Assembly (NCBI GenBank): GCA_013152295.1 | Contig: JAADGQ010000064.1 | Coordinates: 3,631-55,472 of the forward strand | Origin: Gammaproteobacteria bacterium | GTDB lineage: Bacteria > Pseudomonadota > Gammaproteobacteria > JAADGQ01 | Length of the DNA stretch: 51,842 nt | Reading direction: 5' to 3' | Shown here: piece by piece, positions 29,322-39,224 of the stretch | Layout: every line of letters begins with the position of its first letter | Numbering within the stretch: the first letter of the stretch is position 1 | The notes under the pieces: generated by a model | What the model saw: the letters and a program-made list of their open reading frames with translations, nothing else | The model's database searches: none | Told to the model about the DNA's origin: nothing | Made by a program: the position numbers and the translations under genes

Positions 29322-29924
29322 ATGAAGAGCGACAACGAAACCTATTCAGCGGCGCAACGCAATACATTATTGCAATTGGCGGCAAAATCCATAGAGCATG
29401 GTCTGCAGTGCGGCACACCGTTGAACGTCAATACCGCACAATATCCGCCCCCGCTGCAGGAACAGCGCGCAACATTTGTCACGCTATCTATCAACAAAAA
29501 GTTGCGTGGGTGCATCGGTGGCCTCGTCGCCACACGGCCGCTGGTTGATGACATAGCCCACCACGCCTATAGCTCGGCCTTTGAAGATCCACGCTTTGCC
29601 GCCCTCAGACCCGTAGAATTTCAACAGCTCGATATTCACATCGCCGTATTAACACCTGCCGAGGCACTCTGTTTCACTAATGAAGATGAACTGATTAAGC
29701 AGATACGGCCCAATGTAGATGGGCTCATTCTTAGCGAGGGCGAGCAGCGCAGCACTTTTCTCCCCTCGGTGTGGGAGTCACTACCCAAGACAGAGGATTT
29801 TCTCCGCCATCTGAAACAGAAAGCAGGGCTACCTGAGAACTACTGGTCTACGACCCTGAAAGTTGAACGCTATACAACAGAGTCATTTGGGCGTGAGGTT
29901 AGCAAACTACTCAGGCACCGCTAG
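29322..29924 (+). CDS. amrA: AmmeMemoRadiSam system protein A (AMMECR1 domain)
   Basis: About 200 aa with LRGCIGG and DPRF motifs. GGAGA SD is 7 nt before ATG 29322; the ORF-track start is TTG 29316. Confidence 0.9.
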   Translation: MKSDNETYSAAQRNTLLQLAAKSIEHGLQCGTPLNVNTAQYPPPLQEQRATFVTLSINKKLRGCIGGLVATRPLVDDIAHHAYSSAFEDPRFAALRPVEFQQLDIHIAVLTPAEALCFTNEDELIKQIRPNVDGLILSEGEQRSTFLPSVWESLPKTEDFLRHLKQKAGLPENYWSTTLKVERYTTESFGREVSKLLRHR

Positions 29925-29946
29925 ACAGTCGTTGTGAAAAGTATGG

Positions 29947-30873
29947 CTAGGGGACAGCAGAAACCTTGCATCCATCGACCGAGCCCTCCTTACAGAGTTG
30001 ACCATCAAACCACACAGCATGATCAAGCCTGGCCCCTTTCAATAAACTGTTAGTCAGATCGGCACCATTCAAATTGGCATAGCTGAGATCAGCGCCACGC
30101 AGATCAGCAGCACTTAAATCGCTACCTGAGAGAACCGCCCCCTTGAGCTGTACCTGCTGCAGGTTTGCCTGCTGAAGATTCGCCAAAGCGAGGTTGGCAT
30201 AAGAGAGATCGGCGCCGGCCAAATTTGCCTGATAGAGATCAGCGCCACGCAAATTGATACTCACCAAAAGTGCACCTTTCAAATTAGCCCGTTTAAGTTG
30301 AGCCCCCTCTGCTTGGCAATAGCTCCAGTTGATCCCTGGCGCCACAGCCATATTGCAACGCGACCAATCATCATCTTCGTGCGGTTGATAAAAATAGAGG
30401 GCCGATACAATACCCACAATCACCACAACAACGAATGCGATGACCAGTTTAATTGAGCGCAGTTGCTGATAACCAACAGGCGCTCGTTGGCGACTTTTAA
30501 GCAGTGCTCGATAAGTTTCGAGTTCAACAGGCTCCGGCTTTCGTCGCCCGGCTTCAGCGCGTTGCTCATTTTTTTCAGAGCGCATCATTGCAGCACCACT
30601 GCGCCGATTCTCACCTGACCGCTCATCCGCCCAACGCATCGCTGCAGCCAACCGCTCTTGGCCGTAGGGGTCGTCATCGGCTGCGGCTACTGTTGCAGGA
30701 GCCAGCTCCGGTAACTCACTAACCAGACGCCATAGATGCTGATCATCGCTGAGCTCATCATCCATGCGAATGCGTCCCAGCAAAATACGTCGCCGGATCA
30801 ATCCTTCAACGTACGGCCCTTCAACCTTGCTGCCACGCCGCACGTACCAGAGCTGATATTTTGCAATGTTCAT
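29947..30873 (-). CDS. GYF_2 (DUF4339) domain, TM helix and pentapeptide-repeat protein
   Basis: 308 aa. The N-terminus WYVRRGSKVEGPY...HLWRLVSELPEL fits GYF_2. A TM helix (LVIAFVVVVIVGIVSALYF) is followed by about 18 tandem A(D/N)LxX pentapeptides. Confidence 0.85.
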   Translation of the reverse strand: MNIAKYQLWYVRRGSKVEGPYVEGLIRRRILLGRIRMDDELSDDQHLWRLVSELPELAPATVAAADDDPYGQERLAAAMRWADERSGENRRSGAAMMRSEKNEQRAEAGRRKPEPVELETYRALLKSRQRAPVGYQQLRSIKLVIAFVVVVIVGIVSALYFYQPHEDDDWSRCNMAVAPGINWSYCQAEGAQLKRANLKGALLVSINLRGADLYQANLAGADLSYANLALANLQQANLQQVQLKGAVLSGSDLSAADLRGADLSYANLNGADLTNSLLKGARLDHAVWFDGQLCKEGSVDGCKVSAVP

Positions 30874-31153
30874 CCAACATCATCCTAAATATATTCCTGC
30901 GAATGACGACCTATACCTGTACTGGTATCGGCGCAGCGCCCAACAACTTTGACAGGCAACGAGTCATTGTGAAAACAGGCTTAAAAAGAAAAGTCAGGCA
31001 ACAGACAACACGTGCAGTAACTGTAACAGCTCCCCTCCTCCACCCTCCATAAAACAGACATTGCTAAATAACCAGCAATTCAAATAGACTACAGCCACTA
31101 ATTCTGTAATGGCTATTAAGTCAGCTCTCGGTAAAAAGACGCAATAAAATCAG

Positions 31154-33001
31154 ATGATCAATAATAGTGAAAAAAAATCGTCATACCAACAAGGAGATTC
31201 ACCGTATGGCGTAACGACAGATGAGACCCGTTACTTCACACGCAACATCAACCTGCTGCATAACATGCACATTTTAATTGCTGACCACTCTAAGGCGTGT
31301 CGCGATTTAACCGCAAAAATACTGTGTGAAAATGGCTTCACTCGTTTTACTGCTGTCGGTGATCGTGAGCATGCACGCACTCTATTGAGGGAGAGCTTGA
31401 AACATGGGGTCAGTGATATCGACCTTGTTTTGGTCGATATCAGAATGCCAGGAATGGGTGGTTATGAATTTTGCCGCATGCTAAGAGCGCAACAGGAGTG
31501 GTGCCATATTCCCATCGTGATATTAGCCGCACCGACCGACACGCTCTATTCAAGCCTGGAGCTGGATGCAACAGACGTTGTATTTAAACCCCTTAATGAT
31601 AACGATTTGATACCGCGCGTCATATCCATGCTCTCTTTCAAAAGAGAGCGCGATCTGCGCATGCGCCGCGAACAAGAGCTTGAAAATGAACTTGCCGAGC
31701 GCAAAATCATGGAAGCTCGCCTGCAATATCTAGTCGAACATGATGATCTAACCGGCCTCTGCAACCGGCGTCGTTTGGATAAAGCGCTGGAAGAAGCCGT
31801 AGAAAACAGCCGCAATCATAGTGTTACCAATGCCTTGTTATACATCGACATTGACCAATTTAAAGTGGTCAACGATACCGAAGGCCACAGTGTTGGCGAC
31901 AAACTGCTGATTAAAATTGCTAACAAAATCCGTCGTCTTGTTAGCAGCACCGACACATTGGCACGCGTCGGATCGGATGAATATTGCGTACTGCTGGAAG
32001 AGACCAGTTGTAAAAAGACTCTGAAAATGGCCAAGTCGCTGCGCAAATTAATGAACAACTTTCAATTTAACATCGAAAACAGAAGCTACCATATCGGTGC
32101 CAGCATCGGTGTTGCATTGATACTACCCGAGGAGAAAAATGTCTCTGCCAGTGAGATTCTGGCACGCGCAGATCAAGCCTGTCTTGAGGCAAAAAATCAT
32201 GGCCGCAATATGGTGCATTTCTACAACGAAGAAGATACAGAGATATCAACACTTCGTAACAATGCTCACTGGGCACCTCTCATTCGCCAGGCACTGGCCG
32301 AAGAGCGTTTCTCCCTGGTTTTTCAGCCAGTGCTTGACGTACAAAAAAATGAGGTCACTCACTACGAAACGTTGATTCGTATGATCGGCAGTGATGGGCA
32401 GCAAGTTTCTCCAACAGATTTTATTCCTGTCGCCGAACGCATGGGGTTGATTCACGACATCAACCAATGGGTTATCACACATGCCATCGAAGCACTGAGC
32501 AACCTACCCACTGAACAACAACACCTGTCACTTAACGTCAACCTGTCGAGCCACGCTTTTCAAGGTCCGTCACTACTGCCTATCGTAAAAGAGAAAATCG
32601 ACAGCACTGGCGTGCGTCCCGAACGCATTACCTTTGAAATTACTGAAACTGCCGCGATCAAAAACTTTGCACAGACACGAAAAATGATTATCGAACTCAG
32701 GGCGCTGGGTTGTCGTTTCGCTCTGGATGACTTCGGCACCGGATTCAACTCGTTCAGTTACCTCAAACAACTTCCCGTGGACTACCTGAAAATTGATGGC
32801 GCGTTTATCACCAACTTGATTAACGACCCTGTCGATCAAACATTGGTGCGCTCTATGATCGAAATCGCTAAAACCTTGGGCAAACAGACCGTAGCAGAGT
32901 TTGTCGAAAACGAACAGGTTTTGCAGATGCTAAAAGAGTATGGCGTCGACTATGTTCAGGGCTACCACATCGGCATGCCAAAACCCGATCTAGCCACTTA
33001 G
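31154..33001 (+). CDS. Response-regulator receiver, degenerate GGDEF and EAL domain protein
   Basis: 615 aa. The REC domain has acceptor context LVLVDIRMPGMGG. The GGDEF signature reads GSDEY (31970-31984). The EAL signature reads ETL (32366-32374), with DDFGTG and EFVENE retained. The start is uncertain; ATG 31265 is an alternative. Confidence 0.9.
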   Translation: MINNSEKKSSYQQGDSPYGVTTDETRYFTRNINLLHNMHILIADHSKACRDLTAKILCENGFTRFTAVGDREHARTLLRESLKHGVSDIDLVLVDIRMPGMGGYEFCRMLRAQQEWCHIPIVILAAPTDTLYSSLELDATDVVFKPLNDNDLIPRVISMLSFKRERDLRMRREQELENELAERKIMEARLQYLVEHDDLTGLCNRRRLDKALEEAVENSRNHSVTNALLYIDIDQFKVVNDTEGHSVGDKLLIKIANKIRRLVSSTDTLARVGSDEYCVLLEETSCKKTLKMAKSLRKLMNNFQFNIENRSYHIGASIGVALILPEEKNVSASEILARADQACLEAKNHGRNMVHFYNEEDTEISTLRNNAHWAPLIRQALAEERFSLVFQPVLDVQKNEVTHYETLIRMIGSDGQQVSPTDFIPVAERMGLIHDINQWVITHAIEALSNLPTEQQHLSLNVNLSSHAFQGPSLLPIVKEKIDSTGVRPERITFEITETAAIKNFAQTRKMIIELRALGCRFALDDFGTGFNSFSYLKQLPVDYLKIDGAFITNLINDPVDQTLVRSMIEIAKTLGKQTVAEFVENEQVLQMLKEYGVDYVQGYHIGMPKPDLAT

Positions 33002-33304
33002 TGCACAATCCCTCTCAAGCTTCCCCTTCTCCTTTCCCGACCAATACAATCCGCTTTAAAGCATAAAGTCTACGCATTTTTTCAGACGCCCCACTTAATG
33101 TAAAAAACCGATAGGCCGCTAACACGGAAGAACTGTTCAACACAGCGCGTTCCCAGACAAACAGGAGTGCAGTCTGAATTTCCTGCATGAGGCATTTATT
33201 CGCACTGGAAGCAATAAATAGGAAGAAAAAGCAGCAAGAGAACCAGCCACATGCATCTATTTGTTAACCATTTCATTTATTCCCCGTTCAGGAGGAACCT
33301 CGCC

Positions 33305-34057
33305 GTGGAAAAAGAACTCACCCACTCAAACAAAACAGTAAACCGACTGCTGGCCTCTATTTTAGCAGCGGGCTTGTTATTCGGCGGCATCAATACTGTT
33401 GTAGCATCAAGCGATGAAGCCGTGGCCGAAGAGATGACCACGCTATTTCGTGCAGCACGCGCCGTTATCTCCGCAAACCAGGCCAACATCAATGATGCAT
33501 CAAAGGGTGATAAAGGGCTGTCTGGAGATTTCGTCACGGCTAAGGCCAAAGAGAATTTCCACAAAGCCACCGGTCATAAGCTTGATGACAGTACTGACGC
33601 TGCTAAAACTATGCTGGCAGCGATCCACAGCACCATGAATCAGGCACAACCATTGATTAACGAAAAGGGAAAAGGCTTTAAGGGCTTCTTGCCGGCCATC
33701 TTCGCCAAGCAGGTTGCCGATACGTTCACTAAAAAAATGAACGGTAATATGCGCATCAAGCTAACCGCGCCCAAAAAGTATGTGCGTAATCGCGCCAACC
33801 GCCCCGACAAATGGGAAAATAGCATTATCAACGGCAAGTTTATGAACGCCAGCTATGAAAATGGCAAGCCTTTTTCTGAAGTCGCCAAACACAAGGGAAA
33901 AGATGCTTACCGTTACATCCTGCCCGAATATTACAAGCAGAGCTGCCTGAATTGTCACGGTGGGCCTAAAGGTGAAAAAGATATTACCGGCGGTAAAAAA
34001 GAGGGCGGCAAACTGGGTGAGTTGGGCGGCGCCATCAGTTTCACAATTTATAAATAA
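33305..34057 (+). CDS. Periplasmic c-type heme protein, DUF3365 (Tll0287-like) family
   Basis: Signal peptide ([22 protein letters not shown]). A single CXXCH (CLNCH, 33944-33958) lies near the C-terminus, followed by GGPKGEKD...GAISF as in DUF3365. AGGAGG SD is 9 nt before GTG 33305; the ORF-track start is ATG 33251. Confidence 0.75.
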   Translation: MEKELTHSNKTVNRLLASILAAGLLFGGINTVVASSDEAVAEEMTTLFRAARAVISANQANINDASKGDKGLSGDFVTAKAKENFHKATGHKLDDSTDAAKTMLAAIHSTMNQAQPLINEKGKGFKGFLPAIFAKQVADTFTKKMNGNMRIKLTAPKKYVRNRANRPDKWENSIINGKFMNASYENGKPFSEVAKHKGKDAYRYILPEYYKQSCLNCHGGPKGEKDITGGKKEGGKLGELGGAISFTIYK

Positions 34058-34083
34058 GTTGCCAATCCACGGAGGGTGCAACC

Positions 34084-35808
34084 ATGAACGTATTAAATGA
34101 CCTGAATATTACTAGCAAGCTTGCAGCAATGAGCGGCGTCATCCTGTTGGTGGTCGCAGCCTCAATGCTCTACCTGTTCAGTGAAGTAGGGCAACAAGCA
34201 GCACTCATCGGGTCTCAAGATCAGATAGTGGCAGGGCAATCTCAGCTAGTAGAGAAGCAGGCAACGCTGATTAAGCATCAAAGAGAAGCGCTTTCCAGTT
34301 TAGATTTGGCACATAACTTCTCCAAAACTTTTTCAGAGATGCGCTATTGGCTGTTTGATCTGGCGGTGAGCTGGCAGACCGAAGCAGAAGAGAACGCCGA
34401 GAAATTCAGGGATGATGCGCTTGCTCAACTCAACAAGTTAAGTGCTGTTGATAAAGCATTCACCACTTGGGTTGGCCCCGAAATCGAATCGATCTACACA
34501 ACCATGATGGATGCAGTCGATGCCTATGTCGATGAAAATCGTGTGCTCGGCAACAGTCTTATCTCTAGCGCAAGAAACAGAGTAACGGCAATCGATGAGC
34601 GTCTTGTAACCATGCAGCGCAAACTCGCCGATGACGCTAAAAATGCTGGAGAGGAGGTCAGCGCTGCTGCGGTTAAGTTAGGAGCGAGCGGCAAACAGCT
34701 GACCCAATCCGGACAAATAGTAGTGGATGGCATCTCGAATATACGCAGTACGACCATCGCTATGCTGCTGCTCGCTATCCTACTCGGTTGCGGAGCGGCC
34801 TGGCTTGGAGCACGTGCCATCGTCCCCCCCATCACAAAGTTGTGTGCAACGATTGAGGCTATTGAGCAACAGTCAGACCTAACCCTACGCAGCGACATCA
34901 GCTCCAAGGATGAAATCGGCAAAATTGCGTCGTCACTCAATGCCATGCTTGAGAAGTTCGACCACATCATTGTTGACGTAGCCGGTTCGACCACCCAAAT
35001 TGCCAGTGCGGCTGAAGAGATGTCAACCGTTACTGAGCAGACAAACGATGGCATGAACAATCAACGCCAACAGACTGAACAGGTTGCAACAGCTATCAAT
35101 GAAATGGCCGCCACCGTTCAAGAGGTCGCCAAACACGCCAACGGTGCCGAAGTGTCTGCCAATGAGGCCGACAGAGAGGCCAAACAGGGTTCAGTCGTGG
35201 TATCCGACACGATCAAAGCCATCAGTGAACTCTCTAGCGAAATTGAAAAAGCCACCGAAGTCATCCAAAACCTGGAGAAAGAGAGCGATAGCATCGGTAC
35301 TGTTTTGGATGTGATTAAAGGCATTGCTGAACAGACCAATCTGCTCGCGCTAAATGCCGCCATCGAAGCCGCCCGTGCCGGAGAGCAGGGCCGAGGCTTT
35401 GCAGTTGTCGCCGATGAAGTGCGCTCACTGGCAAGTCGTACACAGGAGTCAACCGAAGAGATTCAAGCGATGATCGAACGCCTGCAAGGCGGTGCACAAC
35501 AAGCGGTCAAGGCCATGGAAGGGAGCCGTGACAAGGCACACAGCAGTGTCGATCAAGCCGTTAAAGCAGGGGACTCTTTGCATGCCATCACATCAGCGAT
35601 AGCAACCATTGCTGACATGAATGCCAATATCGCCAGTGCCTCTGAACAGCAGGGCGCCGTGGCGGAAGAGATCAACCAAAACATTGTCACCATCAGTGAG
35701 GTAGCCGACCAAACCGCTAACGGCGCGCAACAGACCGCATCAAGCAGCACCGAACTCGCAGGACTGGCGAACAATTTACAACAGCTGGTCGGACAATTTA
35801 AGTCGTAA
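34084..35808 (+). CDS. Methyl-accepting chemotaxis protein
   Basis: 574 aa. Two TMs flank a helical periplasmic region of about 190 aa, followed by HAMP and the conserved signalling hairpin [31 protein letters not shown]. Confidence 0.96.
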   Translation: MNVLNDLNITSKLAAMSGVILLVVAASMLYLFSEVGQQAALIGSQDQIVAGQSQLVEKQATLIKHQREALSSLDLAHNFSKTFSEMRYWLFDLAVSWQTEAEENAEKFRDDALAQLNKLSAVDKAFTTWVGPEIESIYTTMMDAVDAYVDENRVLGNSLISSARNRVTAIDERLVTMQRKLADDAKNAGEEVSAAAVKLGASGKQLTQSGQIVVDGISNIRSTTIAMLLLAILLGCGAAWLGARAIVPPITKLCATIEAIEQQSDLTLRSDISSKDEIGKIASSLNAMLEKFDHIIVDVAGSTTQIASAAEEMSTVTEQTNDGMNNQRQQTEQVATAINEMAATVQEVAKHANGAEVSANEADREAKQGSVVVSDTIKAISELSSEIEKATEVIQNLEKESDSIGTVLDVIKGIAEQTNLLALNAAIEAARAGEQGRGFAVVADEVRSLASRTQESTEEIQAMIERLQGGAQQAVKAMEGSRDKAHSSVDQAVKAGDSLHAITSAIATIADMNANIASASEQQGAVAEEINQNIVTISEVADQTANGAQQTASSSTELAGLANNLQQLVGQFKS

Positions 35809-35851
35809 ACATGCTCGCCAATTGTCAGCCGATGTGCTGACAGTCTATTGG

Positions 35852-35970
35852 AGTTCTACTTTGTCACATTTGATAAATGCATCTGATGTAGGAGCGGTGC
35901 CTCGCCGCGATTCGGTTTGACAGCGAAATCCATCGCGGCGAGGCGCCGCTCCTACGGATAAAATAGAACT
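35852..35970. repeat. MITE/REP-like element, copy A: 24-bp stem, 20-nt loop, short terminal inverted repeats
   Basis: GTAGGAGCGGTGCCTCGCCGCGAT (35888-35911) pairs with ATCGCGGCGAGGCGCCGCTCCTAC (35932-35955), with one G-U pair. Outer ends are AGTTCTACTTT (left) and AAATAGAACT (right). It lies between convergent genes and overlaps the stop of the GS-like gene. Confidence 0.85.
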
Positions 35971-37330
35971 AAATAATCTCCAAATATCGCTGTCGCTCCC
36001 AACTGCTCACTGAGCGCTCATATTGCTGCCACTCCCACAGGCGGGTGCGCACAAAATGGTCAACGCCAAACAGCGTCTTTGCGATGTCGGATGCAGCCAT
36101 CTTTTCTGTCGCTTCGAGCAGGTTGCGCGGTAACCGTGTTCGCCCCTGCGCCTGGTAAGCGTTGCCGCTGACAGCATCCTCCTTCAATTCAAGTTTTTGC
36201 TCAATGCCCCACAAGCCACTCGCCAACGCAGCAGCAACCGCGAGGTAGGGATTGATATCGGCACCACCGACGCGCGTCTCCAGACGGCTCGATTTTGCAC
36301 CGCCCGTAATGGCGCGCAGCGCAGCGGTGCGGTTGTCCACGCCCCAGGTAGCAAGAGTCGGTGCCCACATCCCTTCGACCAGTCGTTTATAGCTGTTTAC
36401 GGTGGGTGCATAGAGAGGCAGAATCTCGCTCATGCAGTGCAGCTGGCCCGCCAAATAGTGTTTGAACGTGGCGGACATCTGATCAGCATCGCTGTCGTCG
36501 TGGAACAGGTTTTTTTGCCCCGCTGCATCCCACAAACTTTGGTGGAGATGGCCACTGCAGCCGGGCAGTTGCTCATCGATTTTCGCCATGAATGTCGCAG
36601 TCATGCCGAAACGTGACGCAATCTCTTTCGTGCTACTTTTGAACAGCACCGCACGATCTGCAGCCTCCAGCGCTGAGCTGTGCAGTATTGCCGCTTCGAT
36701 AACGCCGGGGCCAGTCTCGGTGTGCAACCCCTCGATCGGTACATTGAAAGCACCCAGCTCATCCATCAACGCATTGAAGTAGTCGCGATTTTGTCCGGCA
36801 CGCAGCAGCGAGTAGCCGAACATGCCAGGGGTCAGGGGTTCAAGGTTGGTGAACTGCTTGTTGTACAGGCTTTGCGCACTCTCACTGAAGTGAAAAAACT
36901 CAAATTCCAGACCAAACTCGGCATGATAACCCGCTGCTTGCGCACGACCGATGATCTGTTTGAGCAGCGTGCGTGGGCAGACCGCTAACGGCTGTTCACC
37001 TGCGCTGAAATCGGCGAGAAAAAACGCCACGTCATGATCCCATGGCACTTGACGGTAGGTAGATAAATCGATGACAGCCTCTGCATCGGGGTAACCAGTG
37101 TGCCAACCGGTGTAAGCACCGTTGTCGTAGCAGGTGTCGGCGCAATCCCAACCGAATACGACGTTGCAGAAACCGAACCCAGATTCGGCAGCGCTGAGGA
37201 ATTTATCTTTGTGAATATATTTGCCGCGCAGTACGCCATCGATATCGGTGATAGCAACCTTGATTTTCTGTTGCGGTGACTGCTGTATGGTTTCAATGAG
37301 CTGCTGCGGCGTCAGGGGTGTATCATCCAC
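35969..37330 (-). CDS. Glutamine synthetase family protein (gamma-glutamyl-amine/polyamine synthetase-like, PuuA type)
   Basis: 453 aa with a GS catalytic domain (GCSGHLHQSLW, NSYKRL, DNRTAALR). GTG start with GGAGGA SD 8 nt upstream. Confidence 0.9.
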   Translation of the reverse strand: MDDTPLTPQQLIETIQQSPQQKIKVAITDIDGVLRGKYIHKDKFLSAAESGFGFCNVVFGWDCADTCYDNGAYTGWHTGYPDAEAVIDLSTYRQVPWDHDVAFFLADFSAGEQPLAVCPRTLLKQIIGRAQAAGYHAEFGLEFEFFHFSESAQSLYNKQFTNLEPLTPGMFGYSLLRAGQNRDYFNALMDELGAFNVPIEGLHTETGPGVIEAAILHSSALEAADRAVLFKSSTKEIASRFGMTATFMAKIDEQLPGCSGHLHQSLWDAAGQKNLFHDDSDADQMSATFKHYLAGQLHCMSEILPLYAPTVNSYKRLVEGMWAPTLATWGVDNRTAALRAITGGAKSSRLETRVGGADINPYLAVAAALASGLWGIEQKLELKEDAVSGNAYQAQGRTRLPRNLLEATEKMAASDIAKTLFGVDHFVRTRLWEWQQYERSVSSWERQRYLEII

Positions 37331-37469
37331 GAAATCAATCCTCCATTATTGTCTTGTTGCATTTGTCTTGCTACCAAACCGAGACCTCCCGACTAGCCTT
37401 GATGCAAGGCACTAAAATGTCAATGATCTAAAAAGAGTATCGACCATGTTTGAGCTGTTACATTCTATG

Positions 37470-38180
37470 CTAAAGCAAGTCAAACCTAACTGGCAGATGT
37501 AACAATACCGCGACCGCTTTATTCTCCACTTTGGCGGGATAGAAGCTTGAGGCCAGTATGGCCTGTTTAGCCGCTTCGTCAAAGTGCTTTCCAGCGGACT
37601 TCAGGATACTGGCTTTTCTGACCCGCCCCTCTTTGTCGATTAACGCTTCCAGTTTGACAACACCGCTAACGCCTTGTGCGCGCATGATTTCGGGGTAGAC
37701 CGGGATCTCGCGGTGTAAAAAGCGAGGAGCCTGGGTGAGCCGAAACAGGGGCACTGGGTTGGGTAGCGTCTCTTTCGTCGGCTCGATGAGCATCGGTGGT
37801 GTTGATTCGACGGGAGATTGCTCGGCGACTCTTTCAGTGGTTTCCACGGCCTCTTCAATGGGCTCATCTATCGCTAATAGCTCTTTTCCCGGTAACTCTT
37901 TCACCACCTTTTTTGCTTGCGAGGCGGGCTCTGTTTTTGGAAGCACTGTTTTTTTGAGGCGGGGTTTTTTTTTGGGGTTAGGTGGTAACGCTTGTTTCTT
38001 CTGCTTGGGGGGCATCGACCATGTCGTTAGGTCAACCACGAGTAACGGACGAAGTGGTGTAATGCGCGCACGGTAGTCCGCCAAGACACTGACTAAAAGC
38101 AATAAGCTTAAAGATAGTAAAATTCCGCTTAGCATAGCGAAGCCAAAAGGGGGCAGTACTCGGCTAACCACGCTTTTCAT
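37470..38180 (-). CDS. tonB: Energy transducer TonB
   Basis: N-terminal TM, Pro/Lys-rich spacer (PPKQKKQALPPNPKKKPRLKK) and a TonB C-terminal domain (YPEIMRAQGVSGVVKLEALIDKEGRV). The start is uncertain: ATG 38180 is chosen, and the ORF track extends to TTG 38237. Confidence 0.88.
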   Translation of the reverse strand: MKSVVSRVLPPFGFAMLSGILLSLSLLLLVSVLADYRARITPLRPLLVVDLTTWSMPPKQKKQALPPNPKKKPRLKKTVLPKTEPASQAKKVVKELPGKELLAIDEPIEEAVETTERVAEQSPVESTPPMLIEPTKETLPNPVPLFRLTQAPRFLHREIPVYPEIMRAQGVSGVVKLEALIDKEGRVRKASILKSAGKHFDEAAKQAILASSFYPAKVENKAVAVLLHLPVRFDLL

Positions 38181-38586
38181 CCGTGGCGATGCCCAGTTGC
38201 TTGGCCCCGGCGGATTTTGCGGCATCAAGAACATCAATCAGCGATGCAGTGGTCGCACGATGGTCGGCGTGAATTGTTATGGCCAGTTGTGGCTTGACCG
38301 CTAATTCGTCTTTAAGCAGCCGCTTAATGTCGTCGCTCGTTACGGGTTGCTCTTCCATATAGGCAATTCCGTGGCGGTCAAGTTTGATAATGAGCTGCTC
38401 GTTATTGAGCGCGGCGGCATTTTCTGAGCTGGGTTTTTCGATGAGCAGACCATCATTTTCTGGAAATACGGTGGTTACCATAAAAAAGATGAGCAGCAGA
38501 AAAACAATATCCACCAGTGGTGCCATACTGATTTCGGGTTTGCCCGTATGAACTGCGGGCATGGGGCAGAGGTTATCAGTTGACAT
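38164..38586 (-). CDS. exbD: Biopolymer transport protein ExbD/TolR
   Basis: 140 aa. MAPLVDIVFLLLIFFM TM motif with a periplasmic domain. Confidence 0.93.
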   Translation of the reverse strand: MSTDNLCPMPAVHTGKPEISMAPLVDIVFLLLIFFMVTTVFPENDGLLIEKPSSENAAALNNEQLIIKLDRHGIAYMEEQPVTSDDIKRLLKDELAVKPQLAITIHADHRATTASLIDVLDAAKSAGAKQLGIATDEKRG

Positions 38587-39223
38587 TGTAAGGAACCCTT
38601 TCCAGAGCTGCCTTTTTCAGTGTACTGACATCGCGATGTAAAATCAGCTGGATCGCTTGGTGCGTCATCGCTACCAACACATTGATCCGGCGTGACAAGA
38701 GGTGGTGCAGAAAAATGACGGGAATAGCGATAATCAAACCGCTGGCGGTGGTGAGCAGCGCCTGTGAAATGCCCTCTGCCATTTCATCAGGTTGGCCGCT
38801 GCCGTGCAGTGCGATGACCTCAAAGACGTTGATCATGCCGGTGACGGTACCGAGTAGGCCGAGCATCGGCAGCAGCGAGCCAAGAATGGCTATGGTGGCA
38901 AGTGAGCCTTCCATCTTGGGTATGATTTCTGGGAGATGGATATTAATCTCTCTGGCAATATCTTCTTTTGATTGAACGTTAGGCCAGTGAATTGTGGCAA
39001 GTAGTTGGGCGACAGGACTCATGTTGCCAGAAGTTATAAGAAGATTATCATTGCTGGATCTCAATCTAGCGTAGTCGCGGCGCGCACTTTTGATCAATAC
39101 ATGCCCCCGTATTGCCTCCCATACAACCAGTGTCATTGCACTGCAGGCAACGAAAAAGATGATCCACATGATCGGGCCACCACGCTCCATCAATGATAAA
39201 AACTCTTGTTGAATCGTCATCAT
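38576..39223 (-). CDS. exbB: MotA/TolQ/ExbB proton-channel protein
   Basis: 215 aa with three TMs and the conserved LGLLGTVTGMINVF. The start is 1 nt after the receptor stop. Confidence 0.93.
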   Translation of the reverse strand: MMTIQQEFLSLMERGGPIMWIIFFVACSAMTLVVWEAIRGHVLIKSARRDYARLRSSNDNLLITSGNMSPVAQLLATIHWPNVQSKEDIAREINIHLPEIIPKMEGSLATIAILGSLLPMLGLLGTVTGMINVFEVIALHGSGQPDEMAEGISQALLTTASGLIIAIPVIFLHHLLSRRINVLVAMTHQAIQLILHRDVSTLKKAALERVPYNVN

Positions 39224-39224
39224 T

